Positions 19,283-28,774 of a DNA stretch of 64,000 nucleotides are shown here, in pieces. Position 1 is the first letter of the stretch. Every line of letters begins with the position of its first letter. The notes beneath the pieces are model-generated. The model was not told the DNA's origin and did not search any database. It saw nothing but the letters and a program-made list of their open reading frames with translations. Both the position numbers and the translations under genes were made by a program. The DNA comes from a bacterium (GTDB lineage: Bacteria; SZUA-182; DTGQ01): positions 13,904 through 77,903 of the forward strand of contig JBFMGO010000004.1 of the NCBI GenBank assembly GCA_040752695.1. Reading direction: 5' to 3'.

Positions 19283-20152
19283 TCATCCAAACCGGCCGGT
19301 TATATAATCCTCTGTCTGTTTATTGGATGGATTGGTAAAAATTTGTGTGGTAGGCCCGAACTCCACGACATTTCCTTCATAGAAGAAAGCCGTGAAATCA
19401 GACACACGGGCCGCCTGTTGCATATTGTGAGTAACGATAACGATCGTGTACATCGATTTTATTGATTCAATCAGTTCTTCAATTTTTGCCGTGGCCACGG
19501 GATCTATGGCGGAGGTAGGCTCGTCCATGAGAAGCACCTCCGGCTCGATGGCGATGGCCCTGGCAATGCACAGCCGCTGCTGCTGGCCGCCCGAAAGTGC
19601 AGTTCCTGGCCGGTGCAGCTTATCTTTGACCTCATCCCACAGGGCTGCACGCTTCATGGCTATTTCCACGTGCTCAGCCAGTTCACTCCTGGTGAGCTTG
19701 TAGTGCAGTCTGAGTCCATAAGCGACATTTTCAAAAATACTCATCGGGAACGGGGTCGGTTTTTGAAAGATCATGCCAACCTTTCTGCGCAGCTCTATTA
19801 CATCCACTGATGGAGAGAGGATATTCACTCCATCCAGAAGGACCTCTCCTGTAGCTTTCTGCTCGCGATAGAGCTCAAATATGCGGTTATAAACCCTGAT
19901 GTGAGTTGACTTTCCACATCCTGAAGGGCCGATGATCGCTGTAACATTGCCTGGAGCGACATCCAGGTTATTGTTGGTGAGGGCCTGATGATTACCGTAA
20001 AAGAAGTTAAGGCCGCGGGTCGATATTTTGGGTTGAACTGCAACCGGGGATATATGCTGGCCGTGGTTATTGTCTGAATTCACCCTGTCAGGGAGCCTGA
20101 AATACTGCTGCCGGCCCTGATGCTCCGGTGTTTCATTTAAACACGCATTCAC
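19283..20152 (-). CDS. pstB: Phosphate ABC transporter ATP-binding protein
   Basis: Walker [10 protein letters not shown], signature LSGGQQQRL, Walker [13 protein letters not shown] and the PstB-typical RGLNFFYG. The start is set at GTG 20152 (AGGAGG 7 nt upstream, GTGA overlap with the pstA stop). The track start at 20248 would lie inside pstA. The start is uncertain. Confidence 0.9.
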   Translation of the reverse strand: MNACLNETPEHQGRQQYFRLPDRVNSDNNHGQHISPVAVQPKISTRGLNFFYGNHQALTNNNLDVAPGNVTAIIGPSGCGKSTHIRVYNRIFELYREQKATGEVLLDGVNILSPSVDVIELRRKVGMIFQKPTPFPMSIFENVAYGLRLHYKLTRSELAEHVEIAMKRAALWDEVKDKLHRPGTALSGGQQQRLCIARAIAIEPEVLLMDEPTSAIDPVATAKIEELIESIKSMYTIVIVTHNMQQAARVSDFTAFFYEGNVVEFGPTTQIFTNPSNKQTEDYITGRFG

Positions 20153-21033
20153 TTTTTTGCCTCCTTGATAATAAAACGGGCAACCACAGTCAAAGCCAAA
20201 ACGGCAACCATAATCAGAAGGGAGGCTCCCCAGGCAGTCTCCTGCCATGAACGATAGGGGGACATGGCATAGTTAAATATGGTTACGGTAAGGTTAGCAG
20301 TGGGCTGACTTAAGGATTTAGGCCAATAAGGACTATTCAATGATGTAAACAAAAGAGGCGCAGTTTCCCCGCTCACCCTCGCTATAGCCAGGAGAACACC
20401 AGTGATCATGCCTGTTTTGGCCGCCCGAAACACTACTCCCAGTGTAGCCTTCCAGCGGGGAGCGCCAAGGGCGAGTGCGGATTCACGCAAGGAGTTTGGA
20501 ACCAACCTAAGCATATCCTCTGTGGTTCTGGCTACGATAGGCAGCATGATTATAGCCAGTGAGACTGCTCCAGCATACCCTGAAAATTGTTGCCATGGAA
20601 GAACCAAAAGTGTGTAAACGAAAAGCCCTACAATAATCGATGGTATGCCCATCATGACATTGCTGGTAAAGCGTACCATCGAGCCAAGGGAGGTTCTCTT
20701 CCCGAATTCAGCCAGGTAAACACCTGACAAAAGACCGATGGGGACTCCTGCCAGAGTGGCTAAGAGGGTAATCATGGAGGTCCCCAAGATGGCATTGGCC
20801 ACTCCTCCCCCCTTGATGCCTGGTGGAGTAGGCAGTTGGGTGAAAAAGGACCAGTTTAATGAGGCAGAGCCTCTCTTGATGACTTCATAGAGTATCCAGG
20901 CTAAAATGGTTATCCCCAAGAGCGCTGCCAGACTTGATATGACCTTGACACCGATATCCACACTTTTACGGGGCGCGGCGGAGCGAACGATCACAGGCCA
21001 CCTCCCTGTCCCTGACCTATTCTCTTCAGCCAC
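20149..21033 (-). CDS. pstA: Phosphate ABC transporter permease PstA
   Basis: 294 aa with 6 TM helices and an EAA-type loop [17 protein letters not shown]. It lies between pstC and pstB. The start is possibly a little downstream, since it overlaps the pstC end by 43 nt. Confidence 0.9.
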   Translation of the reverse strand: MAEENRSGTGRWPVIVRSAAPRKSVDIGVKVISSLAALLGITILAWILYEVIKRGSASLNWSFFTQLPTPPGIKGGGVANAILGTSMITLLATLAGVPIGLLSGVYLAEFGKRTSLGSMVRFTSNVMMGIPSIIVGLFVYTLLVLPWQQFSGYAGAVSLAIIMLPIVARTTEDMLRLVPNSLRESALALGAPRWKATLGVVFRAAKTGMITGVLLAIARVSGETAPLLFTSLNSPYWPKSLSQPTANLTVTIFNYAMSPYRSWQETAWGASLLIMVAVLALTVVARFIIKEAKK

Positions 21034-21986
21034 AGTTGGGCCAGAACCTGGATAAGAAAGGTAATAACGAGCAGCACCAGACCTAGCAACATCAGAGAGC
21101 TCAGATAGATGGGTTCGGATGCTTCGGCGAACTCGTTAGCCAGGGTTGAGGCTATACTGTTGCCTGCCGAAAACAAAGAGGCTGAAATGGTGTGGTTATT
21201 GCCGATAACGAAAGTGACGGCCATGGTTTCGCCGATAGCACGGCCCAGGCCTAAAAATACGGCACCCAGAAGACCGCGCAGGCCGTAACTGACCGTTACC
21301 TTTTGGGTAACCTCAAAGGTTGTTGATCCGAGGCCATAGGCTGATTCTTTCACTACCGCCGGCACCATCTTAAAAACATCCCTGCTCACGGCACTAATGA
21401 ACGGAATGATCATCAGTGCCAGGATGATTCCCGCTGTGAGCATTCCTATTCCCATCGGCGGCCCTTGAAAAAGAGGCAAGAATCCCAGTGTCTTATTTAT
21501 AACCGGCTGAACATGATCGGCCATGAAAGGTGCGAAGACAAACAGTCCCCACATACCAAAAATGATACTGGGAATGGCGGCCAGAAGCTCAATGGCATAC
21601 CCTACGATCCGTCCTAAGGCAGGGGGAGCCAGTTCCACCAGGAACAGGGCAATTACAAGACTTAACGGTATCGCCAGAATCAGTGCGATAACGGTAGAAA
21701 CCAGCGTGCCGTAGATGCTGCTTGCTGCCCCGAATTCCTTGGAGACCGGATTCCATACCTGCGATATCAAAAACCTGAACCCGAATTTTTGCATGGCCAG
21801 ATGAGAGTGGCTCACCAGTTGCCAAAAGAGACCTGCCATGAGCAGGAGCATTATAAAAGCGCACAAGGCTGTCAGCCAATGGAAGAATGTGTCTCCTTTC
21901 TTCTGGCCATTTTGTTGATGGATCGATTTCGCTGTCGTGTTCAGTTTCTGCATAATGCAATTATGGGCAAGAGAGCGAAAGAGCAC
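20991..21986 (-). CDS. pstC: Phosphate ABC transporter permease PstC
   Basis: 331 aa, polytopic, with EAA-like VKESAYGLGSTTFEV. It is downstream of pstS. The start is uncertain: GTG 21986 or ATG 21953. Confidence 0.88.
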   Translation of the reverse strand: MLFRSLAHNCIMQKLNTTAKSIHQQNGQKKGDTFFHWLTALCAFIMLLLMAGLFWQLVSHSHLAMQKFGFRFLISQVWNPVSKEFGAASSIYGTLVSTVIALILAIPLSLVIALFLVELAPPALGRIVGYAIELLAAIPSIIFGMWGLFVFAPFMADHVQPVINKTLGFLPLFQGPPMGIGMLTAGIILALMIIPFISAVSRDVFKMVPAVVKESAYGLGSTTFEVTQKVTVSYGLRGLLGAVFLGLGRAIGETMAVTFVIGNNHTISASLFSAGNSIASTLANEFAEASEPIYLSSLMLLGLVLLVITFLIQVLAQLWLKRIGQGQGGGL

Positions 21987-22073
21987 TCCTGCCCGATTCT
22001 TCTAATCACTCTTTGTACTCATTATCTTCAATGCGCGGGCTTTCGTACCACACCCGTGCGGGCTTTCTTGACC

Positions 22074-23150
22074 TTATGGCCAGACCGACTTGTCACCGGC
22101 CTTTATTTCCCTGCTCCAGGCATCTTCTACCAGTTTAACCACATTCTGCGGCATCGGCACATACTGAAGGTCCTTAGCCTCTTTCACCCCGTTCTGGTAG
22201 CACCAGTCAAAAAACTTGAGCATAGCTTTAGCTTTCTTCGCATCCTTCTGCTCCCGATAGAGGAGAATAAAAGATGCTCCGGTAATCGGCCAACTGCTCT
22301 CACCGGACTGATCGGTTAACACAAGATAAAATCCTGGCGCGTGCTCCCAGTCTGCATTGGCAGCAGCCGCCTGAAAGGTATCGATGGTAGGTTCAACGAA
22401 TTTACCAGCCCTGTTCTTAAGCAGCACATGAGACATACTGTTCTCCAGTGCATAAGCAAACTCGACATACCCGATAGATCCATCTATGCGCTGTACATAG
22501 GCAGCAACACCTTCGTTCCCTTTGCCACCCACACCAACAGGCCAGGACACAGCCTTGTCTGTACCTACCTTCTCATGCCACTCGGCAGAGACTTTGTCCA
22601 GGTAGTTGGTAAAAATCCAGGTGGTCCCCGAACCGTCAGCCCTATGTACCACGGTTATGGCCTTATCGGGGAGTTTGAGATCAGGATTGGCCTTTTTGAC
22701 GGCCTGATCATTCCAGTTGGTTATCTTCCCCAGGAAAATATCACTCAAAAGCTGTGGTGTGAGCCGAAGATTTCCTGCCTTGACTCCTTTGATATTAACA
22801 ACCGGCACGACACCGCCCATGACCATGGGAAATTGGAGCAGACCGCTCTCGTCAAGCTCTTCTTTCCTCATCGGTGCATCTGAAGCTCCAAAGTCGACGG
22901 TCCTGGCTTTGATCTGAGCAATACCGCCCCCGGAACCAATGGATTGATAATTAAGCTGAATGTCGCTTACTTTCCCATATTTGTGAGCCCACTGGGAGTA
23001 AACAGGATAAGGGAATGAAGCTCCTGCGCCATTTATATCCAGAGCATCGACTCGAGGCACTCCCCCGAACACCGAAAGAATTGCTGCCGCGAGTAATCCC
23101 CAAAAGCAAAACTTCATGCTTATTTTGTTGACTCTTTTGAATAATTTCAT
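22074..23150 (-). CDS. pstS: Phosphate-binding protein PstS
   Basis: Signal peptide followed by INGAGASFPYPVYSQWA and VVHRADGSGTT, typical of PstS. The start is set at the second ATG (23150), 9 nt after AAGGAG; the track start is 23159. Confidence 0.92.
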   Translation of the reverse strand: MKLFKRVNKISMKFCFWGLLAAAILSVFGGVPRVDALDINGAGASFPYPVYSQWAHKYGKVSDIQLNYQSIGSGGGIAQIKARTVDFGASDAPMRKEELDESGLLQFPMVMGGVVPVVNIKGVKAGNLRLTPQLLSDIFLGKITNWNDQAVKKANPDLKLPDKAITVVHRADGSGTTWIFTNYLDKVSAEWHEKVGTDKAVSWPVGVGGKGNEGVAAYVQRIDGSIGYVEFAYALENSMSHVLLKNRAGKFVEPTIDTFQAAAANADWEHAPGFYLVLTDQSGESSWPITGASFILLYREQKDAKKAKAMLKFFDWCYQNGVKEAKDLQYVPMPQNVVKLVEDAWSREIKAGDKSVWP

Positions 23151-23208
23151 TCCTTCCATCTCCTTTCTTTCCGTACCTTTTACTTATCACTTATTTTTAC
23201 ACTTCAAT

Positions 23209-23226
23209 TGTTAGTATTTTGTTAGA
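23209..23226 (-). promoter_or_regulatory. Pho-box-like element: 7-bp direct repeat CTAACAA with a 4-bp AT spacer (11-bp period) upstream of pstS
   Basis: Minus strand reads CTAACAA-AATA-CTAACAA, then 8 nt, then TAAAAAT (a possible -10). It lies 60-77 nt upstream of the pstS ATG. The 7-4-7 architecture matches the E. coli PhoB box, but the sequence differs from CTGTCAT. Confidence 0.35.
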
Positions 23227-23348
23227 ACATACTTAGAATTCCGTCAAGGCGCTTCATGGACAAAGAGATATTTTCCAGCGCTTTCGTTTACTAAGATGAT
23301 TGTAGTATGTATTGGTTAACTGAATATTAAATTTTTATGAGAATTGTG

Positions 23349-25136
23349 TTAGGAACTGGTATTTTTTATTGGCAGGCAGATGGAGAAGGTGCTTCCCTGT
23401 CCCGGGGTACTCTCAACCAGTATCCGTCCCCCATGGGCATGAACGATATGTTTGACGATGGCCAGCCCGAGTCCTGTTCCTCCGAGCTTGCGGCTCCGGG
23501 CTTTATCCACCCGGTAAAAGCGTTCGAATATGCGTTGAAGATGATCCTGCGGAATGCCGCATCCCCAATCGCGAACCTTGATGACCGTCTCTTCGGCTAT
23601 TCTGGCAGCTTCGATCTTGATGGTGCTGCCAGAGCCGCTATACTTTATGGCATTATCGATGAGGTTTACTACGGCCTGTTCGAGAAGCGGTGGATTGATC
23701 ATTGCCTTAAGGTCCTGATCGCAGGCCAGATCGATCCGTATCCCTTTCTCATCAGCCTTGCTGGTACAAACCAAAATAGCTGAATCAAGGGCATCCTTGA
23801 TTCGCCCCTCTTCGAGAGCGATCTGTTCTCTTTCCGCTTCCTGCTCGATCCGGGAAAGACTCAGGAGGTCATCGATGATGGCGTTCAGACGATCAGCGTG
23901 CCGGGCAATGATATCGAGGAATTTCATTCTGTCATCGGGGCTGTTTACCGCTCCATCCCTCAAGGTCTCCACAAATCCCTTGATTGAAGTGATGGGGGTC
24001 TTCAATTCATGAGAAACATTGGCGACGAAGTCGCGTCGGATATTTTCGAGCACCTTTAAACGGGTGATATTGTTCAGGACGATAAGAGCTCCGATATGTG
24101 AGCCCTGTAAATCTCTCAAAATCGTGCCATGCGCCTGCAAGAACCGTTCGGTGCCGTTGTAAAGAACGATATCACCCTCGACCGGCTCCTGACTCGAAAG
24201 GGTTTTGGTTACCAGATGCTGTAAGTCGGTATTTCTGATAACCTCCTGAATGCTTCGACCCTGGGCCGAGGAGGCTTTAACCTTAAAAAGGTGGGCAGCC
24301 GCCTGATTGAACCGGATGATACGCTCATTCATATCAACCACAAGAACAGCCTCATCCATACTTGAAAGCACGGTTTCAAGCTCATTTTTTTGCTGGGTGA
24401 TGGTGCACAGCCGCTCATTGAGCCGGGCGGCCATACGGTTCATGGTTTCAGCCAGGGACCCAAGCTCTTCGGTCCTGGACATAGGCAGCCGGTAGTCGAG
24501 GTTGCCTGAAGCAAAATGATGTGCACCCTCTTCCATTTCCTCAAGGGGCACATCGATAGGACGGGAGATGATCAGGCTGATAATAATTGCAATCAGGGCA
24601 AAAAGCAGGCCGCCAAAAGCAATCTTCAGATAAATCGGTTCAAGGATCTGGCCGATTGAGGCCAGCGGTACAGATACCCGGATGACTCCCTCAATCTTTC
24701 TCTGTCCCTCGACCGGAACCGCCACATAAATCATTTCCTTTTTCGACTCGAAGCTATAGCCGGTAAAGACACCTACCCCGCCGCTCAGGGCCTTTTGAAA
24801 TTCAGGGTAACTTGCATGATTCCCCATACGGGATGGGTCCTGCACGGAATCTGCGATTACTTCACCGGAGGGCGAGATGACCGTAATGCGGGTTGATATC
24901 CGGGGGCCGACATCCTTACACAGTGCATCTATCTGGCTTGCGCTCTTCGACAGACGTTTTTCCAAAACCAGTCTCTCGATCAAAAGGGCCCGGGCCTCAA
25001 GATCGAAAGACGCCTGATCAAGGTGAAACTGCCTGAGCGATTTTGAGGCATGCCACACCACAACCGCTAAAGAAAGCAGGGCGATAAAGAGATAGGAAGG
25101 ATAGATCCTCCAAAACAGCTTTTTCCTCTTTTGCAT
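23349..25136 (-). CDS. phoR: Phosphate-regulon-type sensor histidine kinase (two TM helices flanking an extracytoplasmic domain, HAMP, PAS, HisKA, HATPase)
   Basis: 595 aa with H-box SHELKTPITSIKG, N-box LIDNAIKY and G-boxes RDWGCGI and GGTGLGLAIVKH. It is directly downstream of the OmpR-family regulator and upstream of pstS. Confidence 0.85.
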   Translation of the reverse strand: MQKRKKLFWRIYPSYLFIALLSLAVVVWHASKSLRQFHLDQASFDLEARALLIERLVLEKRLSKSASQIDALCKDVGPRISTRITVISPSGEVIADSVQDPSRMGNHASYPEFQKALSGGVGVFTGYSFESKKEMIYVAVPVEGQRKIEGVIRVSVPLASIGQILEPIYLKIAFGGLLFALIAIIISLIISRPIDVPLEEMEEGAHHFASGNLDYRLPMSRTEELGSLAETMNRMAARLNERLCTITQQKNELETVLSSMDEAVLVVDMNERIIRFNQAAAHLFKVKASSAQGRSIQEVIRNTDLQHLVTKTLSSQEPVEGDIVLYNGTERFLQAHGTILRDLQGSHIGALIVLNNITRLKVLENIRRDFVANVSHELKTPITSIKGFVETLRDGAVNSPDDRMKFLDIIARHADRLNAIIDDLLSLSRIEQEAEREQIALEEGRIKDALDSAILVCTSKADEKGIRIDLACDQDLKAMINPPLLEQAVVNLIDNAIKYSGSGSTIKIEAARIAEETVIKVRDWGCGIPQDHLQRIFERFYRVDKARSRKLGGTGLGLAIVKHIVHAHGGRILVESTPGQGSTFSICLPIKNTSS

Positions 25137-25142
25137 AAACTT

Positions 25143-25829
25143 CTATTCCCTGATCCTGTATCCCACTCCCCGTACCGTCTCGATGAATTCACCTGCCTTG
25201 CCCAGTTTCTTTCGCAGCCCGACAATTTGAACATCGACCGATCGGTCTGTCACTGCATAGCCGTCACCCTTAACTGCATTGATAATCTGGTTGCGGGTAA
25301 AAACCCATCCTGGCCTTCGAATCAGAAGGTATAACAAATCGAACTCCGTAGCCGTAAGCTCCACTGGCTCACCATTTACCAGTACCTGGTGGCGGGCGGG
25401 ATACACTACCAGATTGTGAATGGCGAAAGTCAGAGGGTCTTTTCCTTCGGCACTCTTGCGCTTTCTCAGCGCTGCCCTGACCCTGGCCACCAGAACCCGG
25501 GGGCTGAAAGGTTTCACGACATAATCATCGGCACCGAGTTCAAGCCCGGTTACTATGTCAGCATCCTCGCCCTTGGCCGTGAGCATGATAATCGGAACAT
25601 GCGAAGTCCTGATATCGTTCTTTAAAATTTTGCAAACCTCAAGACCGTCCGTGCCGGGAAGCATAAGATCGAGCACAATAAGATCCGGCTGGTCTGCCCT
25701 GGCCTTAACCAGAGCCACTTCACCGGAGGTGACTCCCTCTACGGAATATCCCTCTTTAACCAGATTGTACCTTATCAATTCCAGGATATCTTCCTCATCA
25801 TCAATGATTAAAACTTTCTGTTTGGACAT
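25143..25829 (-). CDS. phoB: OmpR/PhoB-family response regulator
   Basis: 228 aa with receiver motifs VLIIDDEEDI, DLIVLDLMLPG and LTAKG. The winged-helix C-terminus is LTATEFDLLYLL...VDVQIVGLRKKL...TVRGVGYRI. Confidence 0.88.
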   Translation of the reverse strand: MSKQKVLIIDDEEDILELIRYNLVKEGYSVEGVTSGEVALVKARADQPDLIVLDLMLPGTDGLEVCKILKNDIRTSHVPIIMLTAKGEDADIVTGLELGADDYVVKPFSPRVLVARVRAALRKRKSAEGKDPLTFAIHNLVVYPARHQVLVNGEPVELTATEFDLLYLLIRRPGWVFTRNQIINAVKGDGYAVTDRSVDVQIVGLRKKLGKAGEFIETVRGVGYRIRE

Positions 25830-25834
25830 TATTG

Positions 25835-25880
25835 GTTTTCCTAATTATAATATTATTGTTTTTCCTATTATAATATCATT
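25835..25880. repeat. Imperfect 23-bp tandem direct repeat with an ATTATAAT palindromic core, abutting the phoB start in the phoB/znuA divergent spacer
   Basis: GTTTTCCTAATTATAATATTATT (25835-25857) and GTTTTTCCTATTATAATATCATT (25858-25880). The second copy contains the perfect palindrome TATTATAATA. On the minus strand each copy reads ...TATAAT(T)AGGAAAA(A)C. Confidence 0.8.
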
Positions 25881-26138
25881 ATTCAAATCTATCCGGACAG
25901 ACTCTTTACAAGGAGGCACTTGCCTTATTATAAAGGTTATACTTCCCTTTTGAAAGCCTAAAAAGTCTCTCGCTGAGTAAAAAACGCCATACCCTGTGCA
26001 AGGTTCTTTGCTGACATGGCAGTAAATTTCGCTTCCATTGAATTTATGAGTGAAAAACTCTTTAAAGCATGCTAAGATAATATGGTAATAAGTGCTTTCT
26101 CCAGGAATGAAACTGATAAAACGATCGAGAGGGAACAA

Positions 26139-27164
26139 ATGCTATTGGTAATGCTGAGTCAAAAAGAAAAAATTAAAATCACGGCCCCGACCATAGCTAC
26201 AGCGATCCTGGCCATCGTCTTTTTCAGGCTGATGTCCCCATCAGCCTGCCTGGCCCAAAAAAAACTCAATGTCGTGACCAGTCTTTTTCCGCTCCAGGAA
26301 ATGGCCCGTGCCGTTGGCGGTGACCGCACCAGGGTCGATCTTCTCCTGCCGGAAGGCGCAGAACCTCATGCCTGGGAGCCCAAACCCAGTGATATCGTCA
26401 CGCTGACCAGGGCCGATGTCTTCATTTATCTGGGTGCAGGCATGGAACCCTGGGCAGAGAGTATCCTTAAGGGGATCAATCGTCCCTCCTTGAGAGTATT
26501 CAAGGCCAGCCAGGGACTGCCGGCGATCGATGGCACTAAGGAGCATGATCGCTACGACCACGATCACCATGATGATCATAATGGTGAGCATGATCATCAT
26601 AGTCACGATCATCATGGCAGCCATGACCACCAGATGGACCCTCACTTTTGGCTTGATTTCTCCTATGATCAGATCATGGTTTCGGCTATAGCCGGAGTCT
26701 TTTCTGAACTGGACCCTGCCGGCGCACAATTCTACATGCAAAATGCCTCACGGTATCAAAAAAAACTGGCAGAGCTCGATAAAAAATACCAGCAAGGGTT
26801 AAAAGACTGTCAGAGCCGAAAGATCTTTTTGGGCGGACACTCTGCTTTCTCCTATCTGGCCAGACGCTACCACCTCGATCAGATCACCCTTTACGGAATC
26901 AGTCCCGATGCCGAGCCGAGCCCCAGGAGATTAGCTCAAATCGTGGATCTGGCTAAGAAGCAAAAGGTCAAAGCCATCTTTTTCGAAGAACTGATCAGTG
27001 ACCGGCTGGCAAACGTTCTGGCTAAAGAGGCGGGCGCTGTTACCCTCATGCTCAATCCGGGCGCCAACGTAACCAAAGAGCTCGTAAGTTCCGGGGTTAC
27101 CTTTCTTTCTCTGATGGAAAAGAACCTGGAAACCCTGCGGAAAGGTCTCGTTTGTAGTGAGTGA
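26139..27164 (+). CDS. znuA: Zinc ABC transporter substrate-binding protein with a His-rich loop
   Basis: Cluster A-I SBP motifs (LNVVTSLFPLQEMARAVGG, EPHAWEP) and the loop HDRYDHDHHDDHNGEHDHHSHDHHGSHDH. The start is set at ATG 26139; the track start is 26082. Confidence 0.88.
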   Translation: MLLVMLSQKEKIKITAPTIATAILAIVFFRLMSPSACLAQKKLNVVTSLFPLQEMARAVGGDRTRVDLLLPEGAEPHAWEPKPSDIVTLTRADVFIYLGAGMEPWAESILKGINRPSLRVFKASQGLPAIDGTKEHDRYDHDHHDDHNGEHDHHSHDHHGSHDHQMDPHFWLDFSYDQIMVSAIAGVFSELDPAGAQFYMQNASRYQKKLAELDKKYQQGLKDCQSRKIFLGGHSAFSYLARRYHLDQITLYGISPDAEPSPRRLAQIVDLAKKQKVKAIFFEELISDRLANVLAKEAGAVTLMLNPGANVTKELVSSGVTFLSLMEKNLETLRKGLVCSE

Positions 27165-27912
27165 TCATCAGTCACTGATTTCGGTACAGAATGTCAACTT
27201 CACCTATGGCTCCACGGTCGTTTTGTCTGACATCACGATAGAGATCACCGAGGGAGACTTTCTGGCCATCATTGGCCCCAATGGTTCTGGGAAAACAACC
27301 CTGCTCAAACTCATCCTTGGCCTTCTGCGGCCTACATCAGGACGTGTCCAGCTTTTCGGGCAGGATATCGAACGGTTTTCCTATTGGAAAAAATTGGGCT
27401 ATGTGCCCCAAAAAGCCACTCATATCGATCCCTTCTTTCCTGTTTCCACTCAGGAGGTGGTAGCCATGGGCCTTTTATCGAGCAAAAAATTTCCCCGTTT
27501 CATTACCTCTTCCGATAGAAAGGTCATCGATAAGGCGCTGGAACTGGTGGATATGGAAAAATTCAAGTCAACCAGAATCGGTGAACTCTCAGGAGGTCAG
27601 CAGCAGCGGATCTTTATTGCCAGGGCCATCGTCAATAAGCCCGATGTTCTCTTCCTCGATGAGCCAACAACGGGTGTGGATGCAGCTACCCAGTCCCGCT
27701 TTTACGATATGCTCGATGTCTTGAACAGAATTCAGAATATTACTATTGTCCTGGTGACTCACGACATCGGTGTAGTCAGTAAATACGTAACCAAGGTCGC
27801 ATGTTTGAATCAAAAGCTCATCTTTCATGGCAATCATGAGGAGTTTTGCCAGTCCTCGATTGTTGAGCATTTCTTACGCGGCGAGCAGCACCTGATCTGT
27901 CACCGCCACTAG
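27157..27912 (+). CDS. znuC: Zinc/manganese ABC transporter ATP-binding protein
   Basis: Walker A GPNGSGKTT, signature [14 protein letters not shown] and Walker B VLFLDEPTTGVD. The GTG start overlaps the znuA stop. Confidence 0.9.
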   Translation: MSDHQSLISVQNVNFTYGSTVVLSDITIEITEGDFLAIIGPNGSGKTTLLKLILGLLRPTSGRVQLFGQDIERFSYWKKLGYVPQKATHIDPFFPVSTQEVVAMGLLSSKKFPRFITSSDRKVIDKALELVDMEKFKSTRIGELSGGQQQRIFIARAIVNKPDVLFLDEPTTGVDAATQSRFYDMLDVLNRIQNITIVLVTHDIGVVSKYVTKVACLNQKLIFHGNHEEFCQSSIVEHFLRGEQHLICHRH

Positions 27913-27928
27913 ATGAAGGGGAAATCTT

Positions 27929-28741
27929 TTGCTGTCGTTTCTCTCGTATGGCTTTATGCAGCGGGCGCTGGTAGTGGGGCTGTTTATTTCGGCGGTCTGT
28001 GCTATCCTTGGGGTTTTTCTTATCCTGAGGCGGGATGCCATGATCGGACACGGGTTGGCACACATGACCTTCGCAGGTGTGGCGCTGGGCTTGTTTCTCC
28101 ATGTCTGGCCAATGACTACAGCTCTGGCAGTAGCCGTTCTCTCCGCACTGGGAATCATCAAGCTGAGAGAGAAAGCGGGAGTTTATGAAGATACGGCCAT
28201 CGGCATTTTCAGCAGTATCGGTATGGCCTCGGGGATAGTCCTGGTAAGTATGGCCAGGAGCTTTAACGTGAGCCTGATGAGTTACCTTTTCGGGAACATT
28301 CTGGCTATCTCTCCCGCCGAGTTGTGGGTTTCCGTGGCACTTACGGGAATAGTGCTTTTTATCGTCATTCTTTTCTATCAGGATCTCTTGTTCATTACTT
28401 TTGATTCCGAATCCGCCAAATCAAGTGGAATCAAAGTCAGCCAGCTCGAAATGATTCTGGCCGTATTGACTGCAATAACGGCAGTACTGGGAATGAAAGT
28501 GGTTGGATTACTGCTCGTGGCAGCCCTTTTGGTAATCCCTTCGGCTGCAGGTTTACAGATAGCGGGGAATTTCCATGAGGCTATGGTACTGGCTGTCCTG
28601 ATAGCCGTCTTTTCCGTAACCTTTGGCCTTGTAACTGCCTTTTACTGGGATCTGCCGGCATCAGGAGCGATTATTCTCTTTGCTTCTCTTTTTTTCATCA
28701 GCGCCCTGGCTGTTCGCATCGTGAAGACCGGTTTTGCTTAA
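27929..28741 (+). CDS. znuB: Zinc/manganese ABC transporter permease (ABC-3 family)
   Basis: 270 aa with 8-9 TM helices. The N-terminus FMQRALVVGLFISAVCAILGVFLILRR is typical of ZnuB/MntB. The start is TTG. Confidence 0.88.
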   Translation: MLSFLSYGFMQRALVVGLFISAVCAILGVFLILRRDAMIGHGLAHMTFAGVALGLFLHVWPMTTALAVAVLSALGIIKLREKAGVYEDTAIGIFSSIGMASGIVLVSMARSFNVSLMSYLFGNILAISPAELWVSVALTGIVLFIVILFYQDLLFITFDSESAKSSGIKVSQLEMILAVLTAITAVLGMKVVGLLLVAALLVIPSAAGLQIAGNFHEAMVLAVLIAVFSVTFGLVTAFYWDLPASGAIILFASLFFISALAVRIVKTGFA

Positions 28742-28774
28742 AACCCGGCATAACCCTTGAAAACAGAGGAAAGT

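Noticed and set aside
26560-26640. The His/Asp-rich tract in ZnuA, which gives a repetitive catgat-type DNA pattern.
   Set aside because: This is the well-known metal-scavenging loop of zinc SBPs, not a novel repeat or CRISPR-like element.
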